Assembly: GCA_037379345.1 (NCBI GenBank)
Contig: CM074518.1
Span: 18,786,001 to 18,850,000, forward strand
Direction: 5' to 3'
Origin: Perna viridis
Taxonomy: Eukaryota
DNA length: 64,000 nt
Both the position numbers and the translations under genes were made by a program. Positions 52,241-64,000 of the stretch are shown piece by piece. Below the pieces are notes generated by a model. The model was given only the letters and a program-made list of their open reading frames with translations. It was not told the DNA's origin and did not search any database. Position 1 is the stretch's first letter, and every line of letters begins with the position of its first letter.

Positions 52241-54900
52241 TTCTCTTTTATTTAAACAGCATATTTAGTCCGTGGACTAGTTTACAATATGGTCCTGTAT
52301 ATATATATGTACATAGTATACAACATAAAAAATAAAATGTAATTAAAAGTAACACAATAAAATAAATGACAAAATAACTACACATTATAATATATTAGAT
52401 ATTAGTAACATTTCTAAAATAATTTTCTAGATATGTTTTTGAAACTATCAGTAACTGTTATACAATTTCTAATATTTGTTTGCATATTGTTCCATAATAA
52501 TCTACCTGATATGATGAACTATCGTTTAAAATATAACTGATACAAGCAGCCTTTTGTAATATAAATAATTTATTTACATTGTTTACACTTTTTGAATTGG
52601 ACAATAACTAAAATGTGGGAAAACAATAGAGTTGTATACTTTAAGTAGAGCTTCGGAAGACATAAAACTTCTAAGACCATTAACATAAACCAATTATCTT
52701 TAAAATTTTATTAGTAAAAATATCAATATGATAAAATCCAGATAAATTACAATAAATATAAACACCGGAAAGTTTAGAATTTTCGACAGTTTCTAGTAGA
52801 ATATTATCTATGTTAATACATATTTTTCTACATTTAGATAGCTTCTGCTTAGTGCCTATAAGCATGCTCTCAGCCTTCTTTAGATTCATTGTAAGTTTGT
52901 TATACTCCATCCATTAATAGACTTTATAATATCTTATTTCAATTTTCTCTCAATTACATTTACACATTTATCAGCAACATCTTTCGATGTGTCAACAACA
53001 TACATAGTTGCATGTGAATGAAATAATCGCTGATAAATAATATAAAACAACAACGGTCCAAGGATAGATCCTTGAGGAACACATATAGTATTACATCTTG
53101 GCTCTGATAAAACACCATTCCACCCAACACATTGCTCTGTCAGACAAATATGTATCAAAACATTTCAAACTATTTTCACAAACACCAAACATTTAAACTT
53201 TATGCAACAATACAATATGGTTAACCGTATCAAACGCTTCACTCAGGTCTATAAATAAAATTTGAACACTTCTGTATTTTTAAGTCAACAATCAATTTAA
53301 CTGTTTAAAAGAGTCTCATATGAGTGCTTCGTTCTAAGACCAGATTGACAATTTCTAATTGATTTATTAGTTTATTAGATAAATATTCATAAAAAGTATT
53401 GAATACATGTCTTTCTATTTATTTTACTGATAACAGCTGATTGAGACTGGTCGGAAGTTATATACAATGTGCTCATCTCCAGATTTAAAAATAGGATTTA
53501 TCCTTGCTATCTTCCAGTCCTTTTCAACAATACAACTTTCTATTGAAAAATTCACTTGGCATTTTCGGTAATTTGACAGAAATATTATGTAAACCAGTAG
53601 CTTTTGATGTAGACCTACTATGTATTTCTTTATTCACAAGAGTTTCAGACATACTTAGAGTAACAAACGAGTTTGGTTCCATAAGTTGCTTTACATCAGG
53701 CAGAGATTTACCAAAGTTTATCCCAACATTATTGACCAATGTTACAAAATTACTCATTAAAAACATTTGTAGTTTCATCATTTACCATTTAATTCCAAGT
53801 AAGAAGAACTAACAAATTTTGATTTTGATGGTATAAATTGTTTTAATCGATTCCACATATTTTGGTTTCAATGATGATTGGTCAATGGTTTCGTCCATAA
53901 ATGTCCTTTTCGCTTCCCTGACTTTGGATACAACAATGTTACATGCTCTCTTATATAATGCTCAATCAACATCCGAGTTCGATTTAATTCAATGCTTTGG
54001 CATGTAAGTAGTCTCGTTGATGCATACACATGTAGCTGAGAAAATGTCATTATTAATCCAGTTCTCTAAGTCGACATTAATACTTCTCTCCTTGTATGGT
54101 AAATGCTTATCTGTACCATAACAATAAATTTATCCTTAAATGTTGACCACGTGTGATAGACATAATTTATAGCTTTATGGATTCCCAGATTACATAAAGA
54201 ATATCCTCAATAACTAAAGCTGCATTTAGATGTTTGTAGTCTCTATACTTTATACTTTTTTTTTTGTTTTCTGCATGGGGTCGCATTTCATTTTTTTACG
54301 AATAACATAAGTTAGATGCAATCCTACAACGTAAAAGGTTTGAATTCCGTTCCTCCATACCCCTACCAAGTCAGAAAATGGCTTGCAAGAGAACTATAGC
54401 GTTGCTGGAGTCAAGTTAAATGGTGGTCACTGATGCCAAGTGATATAACACCAGTATAGAAGTTTCCTTCATTCGTTACATACATACTATTAATGCGCAC
54501 GATTGGTTCATTATGCTATTCATTTTGCTATCCTTCAATTGATCAACGTTGAAGTCCCCAATTATGATAGTATATCTATTCTGGTTGCCAGTTCTTCGGC
54601 AAAACTTTCGAACTCATAATACCATTGAATGGTTGAGTCTGATGGTCTGTAGACAACTCCAAGTTGAATAGTTGGTGAATTAAGTTGTTTGATATCAAGC
54701 GATAGTAATTCCAAATTATGGTGTAATATATGTTACATTTTACACAGTCCACTTTTCTTGAATGTAGAGAAGAACACCATGCCTATTTCTGTCTCGTCGG
54801 TCGTTAAATCCTATAACCTTTAATCTTGATTTCAGAATCATAAATACTATTTTCAAGTTTGCTTTCAGTTATTCCAAGGAAATCATTCAGTAGTTGATCA
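52204..54900 (-). mobile_element. Degenerate CR1/L2 (Jockey-group) LINE ORF2: APE endonuclease + reverse transcriptase, with (TTA)n tail
   Basis: Minus-strand remnants: LGITESKL..RRDRNRHG..LLYI, GVVYRP, DFNVD (APE, 54540-54880); QSGLR..HS.ET, IDLSEAFDTVNH, VPQGSILGPLLF, KAESMLIG (RT, 52680-53350). (AAT)n at 52204-52238 marks the 3' tail. Many stops and frameshifts. Confidence 0.85.
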
Positions 54901-56494
54901 GTCTATTGGTCTAAGAGTAATCAAGGGAACCAAGGTTCAGGTATATTTATATTTAAATTATACCTACAGTGTATCTAGACACATCAAATGGTGTTTTAAA
55001 GTTCAAAAAAAGATATTCGGGGAGATGGTGGGGGGGGGGGGGGCGTGTAGATTTTTTGTTTTTAGCTACGCCATTAAGTGTCCTCTAGGAACGCCTATTA
55101 GTACAAGTAGGTGTACTTGATTGGTAGGTAGGTAGGTAGGTAGGTACTAGGTAGGTAAGTTCGGAATTATCATATATATATATATATTCATCAAGTTGCT
55201 AGTTATGTCTGATATTGGTACCTTGATATAACGGTCATTTAAGGTCAAAATAACGTATTTTGGTGTCTTCCATTTTGATGCTTCAGTATATTTTTTTCGA
55301 GATATTTCATACGAAAGAAAATTTCTCATATTTACTCAAACACGATTATAGGCTAAAAACCACTAATTCCACTTTCCATAGGCTTCTATGCTAATTTCAC
55401 AATATTCAATGGCTTCTCTGGACTTTACCTTAACTTTAACCTGCAGAGGACTATATATCAGCATGATTCTACATATGTCAGCTCACAATCCTCAGAATGG
55501 CATGTGGGGTTAGCAGACTTGCAGTGCAGTACTGGTCACCGGAAGTGAAGTGTCTATAAATAGCATGGGAAATCCCAGTGTTTTCACAAGATAGGGGTAT
55601 ATTTAAAAATCATTATGGAGATTAGGCTTCACATCACAAGAAGCAAAATGCACCTATAAAATGTACAGAAATGTTTTTCCTTTCAGAAACTGTTTAATTT
55701 TTTTAAATAAGATGAGAACTTTTTTCACAGCACTATGAGGAACAGGGGTAATTTCTGCGTAGGACTATTTTTGCGTACGTTCCAAATGCTCATTGGTTGA
55801 ATTGGTGGTCTGTAACCTATAAGGGATTTTTCGTATTATAGGTGTATACCATGTGTCTTGTATGGTTTTGTCCAAAATTTCATGTCAAAAGCAGGGTATG
55901 TAAGTCTCGTCACGTGACTCCGTTGTTTTACGAGATTGGGTCCTAGTCTACCATTCAATTACAGTTTTACACTATAAAAAATGTTAAGAAAAGCAGAAAA
56001 TAGAAGATCTTGCATTGTAATGCAGCGTTTTGAGAACCCGGAAGTAAACAATAAGATGCAGATCGGTCGTGGGATTTCGATACGTTATACACCGGAAATT
56101 CCGAAATTGAAAATGAAACTAGGACGAGACTTACAAACCCTATTTAGAACCAGTTCAACAGAACTTTTTTTTTATTCGCTACTGGAAAGACTGACCAGTG
56201 TATCATGAGTTTCGTGTGTGTTGTTCGAACCATGTTTTTTTCTTGGTTTTGTTTTGTTTTGTTTTGTTTTTTTTATAGTGCAGTTTAGGCACTTTAAAAA
56301 TCCTTGACCGAGTCGAAGGCTAGCTAATGTAATAATATGCAAATATTTATATCCAGTATATTATTTTAATTTTCTTGTTAAACCGGCAATGCGTTATATG
56401 TGCATTAATAATAATAAATCATGCTATTAATAAATTAGTTTAAAGCAATATACAAAATGTATTTCACGTGACTATTGTGCTATTATGTGAAATT

Positions 56495-56529
<35 letters not shown>

Positions 56530-56698
56530 GCATACACACCAAATCAAGCATCAATTAATGATTCGAATATAATGTCAGCAAGATGACCTATATAGACAGG
56601 TTTCCTGGATCGAGTGACAGTCGAACTTAATCGCTTGCTCAATTATTCCATGTATTCTTTCGTTCATAAACTAGGACTTCGGTACTGTGGTTATTAAA

Positions 56699-56928
56699 CA
56701 GTGGCGGATCCAGGGGGCGGCCCCCTTTAGAAAATTGCAATTTTTAAAAATTGTTGACAAATTGTTCAAGATATCCTCAGAATGCAAGATTTGAGGTTTA
56801 ATATTTCAAACTTTTCTTGGGGAGCATGTCCCCAAACTCCACTAGCAAATTCGTGATGCTCACTGATGATCCTATCCAGAATTTTTTTTGACCCCCCCCC
56901 CCCTTATCTAAAACTGGATCCATCAATG
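56699..56928. mobile_element. MITE with CAGTGGCGGATCCAG-type terminal inverted repeats
   Basis: Left end CAGTGGCGGATCCAG, right end CTGGATCCATCAATG (degenerate inverse); no TSD recognisable. Confidence 0.6.
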
Positions 56929-57299
56929 TCAAAATGTGACAACTTGATAACTTAATTTACTGACTATGCCTGTTTTGTATGTGCAGTCTCTATGCTTTGT
57001 ATGTATTGTGCATGTGATATATATGTTCATTCGGTTAAAAGTTCATCAGCTTTAATATCTAATATCTTGTCTGATATTCTCTGTACCGAAGCTAAATTAA
57101 CTTTCCGTATTCGTACGCAGGTCAACCAAGACATGTTAATATATACATACAGAAACCCGTTAGAAACGCGTTTTTTTTTTATCAGATATGATGAACTGGG
57201 ATAACATCAATCACTAACAGCAATAGTCGCTAAACCGGTCAATTTGGGATGGGTAAAAACTCTAACATGATTGTTTGGCGCAAAATGCAAATTCCTTTA

Positions 57300-57913
57300 A
57301 TAGTCATGGGCTTTCATTGGATGATATTTTGGCCGATTTACTACACAGGTTTCTATGACGTCATGGATTGAGAACCGTAAATAAAATATTTATACTGAAT
57401 CCGAATACACAGTTTCGAATTCTGTTTTATCGTTTGTATTGTAGATTTAGATAAGAAGGTATGTAATTAATTAGAACGTATAATCAATAGTTACTGTATT
57501 AGGAACAATGTTCCTTAAAAAAATAAGCGTAGATTATCGTCCAAGAAAGCACTAAAGCTTAAATCATTTTGTCGGAAGTCATATATTTTGCCCTCACGTC
57601 TCATCAACATGAATTCGACTTGATCCCCCGAAAGCACGACGGAATGAATTAATGAAAATGGCTACATTGAGACATATTTTCGGGGAAGAGAACTACACGA
57701 TTTTACTTTTTAACTTTTTATGACAAGGGGGAAACTTATAGACTGATTATTTTTGTGATCAAAGGCATACTTTCTGCTTCTAAAGGATTAATAAACACGT
57801 TCGATATCAATGTATCGACAACAACAATCTGATCTTCTTTGTTGAAGTCACTGACAGTACTGAGCACGTATATCATCTAGTGCTCGAGTTACTGGATTTT
57901 ATGATAAGGGAAG
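57300..57913 (+). promoter_or_regulatory. Probable HIPK promoter and 5' non-coding exon
   Basis: Full CRE TGACGTCA 57356-57363, ETS-like CGGAAGT 57573-57579, YY1-like AAAATGGCT 57655-57663, locally more CpG, and a strong donor GGGAAG|GTAAGA after 57913, upstream of the HIPK acceptor at 61390. Confidence 0.5.
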
Positions 57914-60900
57914 GTAAGAAATAGTTTTCGTATCGTTGTTGTTCATTTCCTCGGTCATCAAGGAACATATGGCAAGAAAAACATGGAAAATGTGCGGTTA
58001 GTTTCCGCCTTGTTTATCGGGGTCACATTACAAGTCAAGGTTACATTCGTCATGTTTACGTTAATGGTAACCTGTCTGAGGCTTAACATACGATAAACAA
58101 ACAACAGTTTTAATGATTTCAAACTACAGTTTTATCTTTTTTTAACGAAATATAATTTGAACATTATAAAATTCAATGTTTTTGTAAAGAAAAATAATAT
58201 ACTATGCAAGAATTGTATGTTCTGCATTTCCTTAAATTTCTCTATGGAGTTTACACAGCATTAATGCATCAGTTTCATTGTACTATTAATCATTTAGGAT
58301 GGTACTGCACTTAACAAACATGTATATGTTTCAGTTTCTATTCAAACCTATGTGTACATGTACATTTATATATAGCGTTCACCCAGAAATGCGTAATCCA
58401 TACCGATACCAAAGTCCCCTTACCAAAATCACTGTATTGTCATTTTTTGTATTATTAATAGGAATTTTATACAGAAAATGCTCTATAGTTATGAATGATG
58501 TTTTGAATCAATTGAAGTTAAAACTAATTAAAAACTTTTCAAAATCAGTCAGTTTCATGTTTTCAAAAGTCCTAAAATGTGTAACCAGAAGTTACCGTAC
58601 AAAACAATTATTAACCATTTCTCACTTTCCAATCCGAATTTTATGTTTTTTCTTAAAACATTTGAAGGTTAAAACTTCACTTTAAGACTTCGGATACATG
58701 TACATGTAGGTTTTGAAAAATTAGGTATTGTTTTAAAAACGAAATGAGTTTGAATTCTACAACGTATTGTAGCACTAATTCCCATACTAGCAAAGAATGT
58801 AAAAGAAAGTCAGTCATGGGACTGGCTGGTTAGATTGTCCAGTCAGTCCCTCAGATATTTAGCCAGTCCCACTCATTTTCGTAAATTTACTGTTAGCAAA
58901 TTAAAATTCTTTAATGACTTTATGGTATGCCAAGTTGCTTTTCATTTTGTTGTATTGACTTAGTTGTGGAGTTTTTTCTCAATCTGTTTTCAGAAATGGC
59001 AATTAATACAGGTTTATTTATTTCCCATTTTGCATGTGATTAGTTTAGTAACTTTAGTTTGTATCATTATAAGTATCTGAATATCAATAGTTTTATTTTA
59101 ACATAATCATTCTTTAACAGCATATTTTTTAATCCATGAAAAGTGTTCTGCTTCAGTCTGCTCAAAGTCAAATTCATCACCACTGTCCATTTCCCCATTT
59201 CCTGCTAAATCGTAGCTCTTGATTTTTTTCTGTTTTTGTGATCTAACGTTAAGATCACAAAAAAAAAAGTTTGAGCTGTGTTTTGCAGCTATTTTCCTAT
59301 GATCATTATCATCTTTTATAAGCATTGTATTATTAGTCTGAACATATGACAGTTGCTTGGCCGTATGCCAGGAACGGCACTGGTAAAGTGTTGAATAGGC
59401 CACATTAGCACGATGTCAATGTAGTCCTCTCTAAAATTAGGTAGGCACACGACTATTGGTCCACTGTTGATGTTGAACCCTGATGATTTTGGTATTTGTA
59501 TCTGTATGGAACCAGTATACAATGTAGTTATTGTGTACAAAATGTATATGCACACAAGGGTGAACTGGTGTCAGGTCAGAGGAGTTTTGATTGGTCTGGC
59601 TTTTAGAGGAAGAAAATCCTATATTTTATGCTAGAATACAGTTGAAGCCCCTCATGTAGATACAGTGTACATTTAACATGTACAGATGAAGGTGTAGGGA
59701 ACCCTTGGCATGTAGATGTCTCGATGCCATAGTGGTATGGCCTCATGGTTATAAGTCCAGCATTTTTATTACAGAGCCACCTGGCCTCAACTGTCTGCAT
59801 GTATGTTTGAAATGTTTCATTTGCTCAAGCTGCTTTTTCTTAGGAAATGAAATATGCTGTCAGTAATACTTACATTTGTACATGACATATACATGTACTT
59901 GCTGATGAAAACTACACATGTACTTTTTGATGCACTTTTATGGTACATGTACGGTATGTACTATGTTCATTTGAATATCAGATGCCCTCTATTGTTCACA
60001 CTGCACACAATAACTCAAAAATGCTACCACCACTTTTTGTCAAATTTAGATTAATTCTATTGATGTGAGCTCCTTTTTGATTTTTATAAATTTAATTGTT
60101 TTTTTTTTTTTTTTTTTTTTTTTTGAGATGGGACTTCATTCATACAAAAATGATATGATTTATGTTTTTGGACTGCAATGTAAAACCATAAAATCCTTGA
60201 CTTTTTTCAAGTCAATAAAACTTTGTTGAATTGTTTATTTTTAATGCTTTTTAAAATTTTTTTGCAAATTTCTTATTTTAGAATTTCATGTTATGGGGCC
60301 TTAATCATAAACAGTTTTTATGAAAATTAAATTATTTGTTTGGTTTTTATATATTTTTTCGTCAAATAAATGTATTTAATCACAATAAAAAATCAGAGCT
60401 GTATCAAGCCTGAATTTTGCGTCCATATTCGTCCAAACCATTCAGGGTTCAATCTCTGTGGATGTATCAATTCATTTTATTGACCAGTTCATAAGTGTGC
60501 TGCATGAACTTTACATCTTTACAATCTATTTACTTGGAAAAGGAACCCTGTGGTTGCATATGAAAGTCTGGTGTAATTGGATGTTACATCATACATGTAC
60601 AATGTATATTTTGCCTGGTGTTGCTTTGATCATCAAATATTGAAGTGTTTCCCTATATGTTCATGTGTATATACATATTTTTTTTATTTCTAACTTATAA
60701 GAGTATCACTGTTCTCTTCTTTGAGTTTTTTTAAGTGTCTGTATTCTAAAAATGCAAACTGAAAACTTTAGATGCCCTAGATTACATGATAAATACAAAA
60801 AAGGGGGAAAATTGCTGCAGTACATTCTTCTGTAGAAACACTAGTTTTCTTCCTTAAGATTGTTCTTGTCGTGAAAAATGACTGACACACTTTTTCTGAA

Positions 60901-61395
60901 TCATTGTCTGAATTTTATTTTTTAAATGTACAAGTACCTCATTTATTTTATTTGTAATTTTGAAGGCTTTAGATTTATAGTACTGGATTTTCTGTACATG
61001 TAGGTCAAAAAGTTAGTGTGAGTCTGGATATACTGTACATGTACTACCCATTATTTATATGTACATGTATAAAATACATTTAAAAAAGTAACATACAAGT
61101 ATATACTGGTTGTCAGTGGCCAATTACTGTTTTGGATTTATCACTTAAGACAGCATTTTGTTACTCATCGTGTACAAAATTGTCACATTACCATGTAAGC
61201 CACTTTATGCTGACTACATTGTATTTTATGATATACAAAATGGAAATATTTTCCTAATTCAAATCTTTAAGTCTTCCCAATGGTTTTTTAGTTTCTTCAT
61301 ATTAACTTTTGTCTACATGTACATGTGTACATGTTGTTTCACTTTCATAATAAAAGTCCTTTTCATTACTTGTTTTGTCATTCTTTCCAGACTAA

Positions 61396-62454
<1,059 letters not shown>

Positions 62455-64000
62455 TGAAGGTTATTAAATACACTGTATCAGATAATACAAAAATGGAAAT
62501 GTAGGCACTGGTTTATATTGTAAGAAACTTGCTGAAATATGAAATGTTCAACTGAACATCAGAGATAAAAAAAGACACATTTTAGAAATAATGAATTTCA
62601 ACTTGTAAGCTCATTTGTGTGAAGCACTGAGATCAGCAGGAGAAAATGTGAACTAAAAGTAAAGATACTATGGAAATACATGTAATAACTTTTTCAACTA
62701 AATGTTCTTAAGACTTGTTCCTGTACACTGTACACATAGTGCCAAGGAATTACAGTCAATGTAAACAGAAGAGCATGACTTCAATGTTTTTTTTTAAGGA
62801 AAAATTTCTCATTAACTGCTTTTTAAAAGAAACAAAAATCAAAGATCCATTGTCATTAAAAGTGAACTTTTCTTATAATTTTGTATATTAGCATTTATTT
62901 AAAGACTTGCTTGACATTGTTTAGGCATTTTATAAACTGAAGCACATTTGTACAGTGTACAGTAAAATGTCACAATTTTTCATATACAGTACATGTAATA
63001 ATGTTTCACTCTAGCATGATATTTGGATCATTTTTTTATTTTTATTTTTTTTTGGGTGGGTGGGTGGGGGGGGGCACCAGAAATCTAACATTTTGAGAAA
63101 TTTGTCCCTAGACTGTTAAGGCAAGTTTTTTTACTTCAGTCATCCATTTGATATTTTCCATTTATATGACATACATGTAAATTACTACCCTGAAACTATA
63201 GTGCACATCCACGTATTTCTTGTAATGTGAACTTTTTTCTTAAAAGGTTCATTTTCTTGAAAGCAAAGTCAAACAGTCTACAAAATGCATTGGATACATG
63301 TATTTTTTTTTTTTCAACGCAGTCGGTATAGTTCCACTTTTTACCCTTTGACTTTAAAGACGCTCTTCCATAGAAACGCACATCACCTGATAAAAATTTG
63401 GTTTCCTGATTGGCGAAATACTGAAAACTTAGTGGCATTGGGGAAAAAACTGTATCAGAAGTTGAAATTGCCTGCCATGTCTTATTTCCTGAAGAAAATT
63501 ATGGGTAAAAAGAACAGATTTTGCTGCGATGAATATCTTTTTTTAAAGATAGTACTTGTTATTTCCTTCCATGGTTTTTCGTTTTTAAAATAGGATAGAC
63601 CATTAGCTTTTTTGTGCATGCTATTCCAGAAATTTACACTAGTGTACATGTACATGGATTTGCTTTGTCTCCTCTTGTCTTGTTTATATTACATGCAATT
63701 TATTTAAATGCATAGTGAATAGTGCCAGAGCTGTCATAAATATTATGTCTTGAAGCCAGTATTAAGCTTTGTCAATTTGCCTTTGTGTGCAATATTAACT
63801 ATGCCTTTCAGGTTCTGAACACTGAATAATTAAAATTGAATGTGCATATTGTTATATAGGGGAGGCAAGTTGTTATGGTACAAATGTATGTTTTCCAATT
63901 TAAAAACAAATAATTTTACTGGTCTATAAAATCATTCATTCTTCATGTCAACAGATGAATTTAAATTAATAAAGAATTGATTATTTTCAAGGGCCATTTA

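Noticed and set aside
55239-56210. Kolobok-like MITE and ETS/E-box-rich segment as a regulatory region
   Set aside because: Terminal repeats are too weak to define; the motifs are likely carried by repeat fragments.
58299-60643. Short ORFs in the HIPK 5' intron
   Set aside because: No domains or consistent splice chain; the region contains MITE/Helentron-like fragments (about 58770-59520 and 60170-60470) whose boundaries I could not support.

Overview
AT-rich, intron-containing eukaryotic DNA, most likely a bivalve mollusc (Mytilus-like; inferred from gene and repeat families, not provable here). From left to right: (1) a decayed Bel/Pao LTR retrotransposon (~1.8-5.5 kb); (2) a 9-exon ionotropic glutamate receptor / ionotropic receptor (IR)-like gene on the minus strand (8206-21071, ~661 aa, all exon phases consistent); (3) a cluster of three paralogous TRIM-related genes sharing a filamin (Ig-like) exon and a divergent B30.2/PRY-SPRY-like terminal exon; (4) a decayed CR1/L2-group LINE (52.2-54.9 kb); (5) the 5' part of a HIPK kinase gene (first coding exon 61405-62369). 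In the TRIM cluster, two genes are full RING-Bbox1-Bbox2-coiled coil-filamin-SPRY genes on the + strand (36288-40606, 45699-50201). The third is a 'headless' filamin-SPRY paralogue on the - strand (25381-34612), arranged head-to-head with the first full gene. It carries seven frame-preserving phase-1 micro-exons and has its putative start codon plus splice donor quadruplicated by a perfect 31-bp tandem repeat. About a dozen or more 3'-end fragments of a Penelope-like retroelement, an RTE-related SINE-like insertion with a perfect 14-bp TSD, and several MITE-like or palindromic repeats fill introns and intergenic DNA. The TRIM cluster is the best candidate for an undescribed system. All gene models are read manually from splice signals and reading frames and need RNA confirmation.
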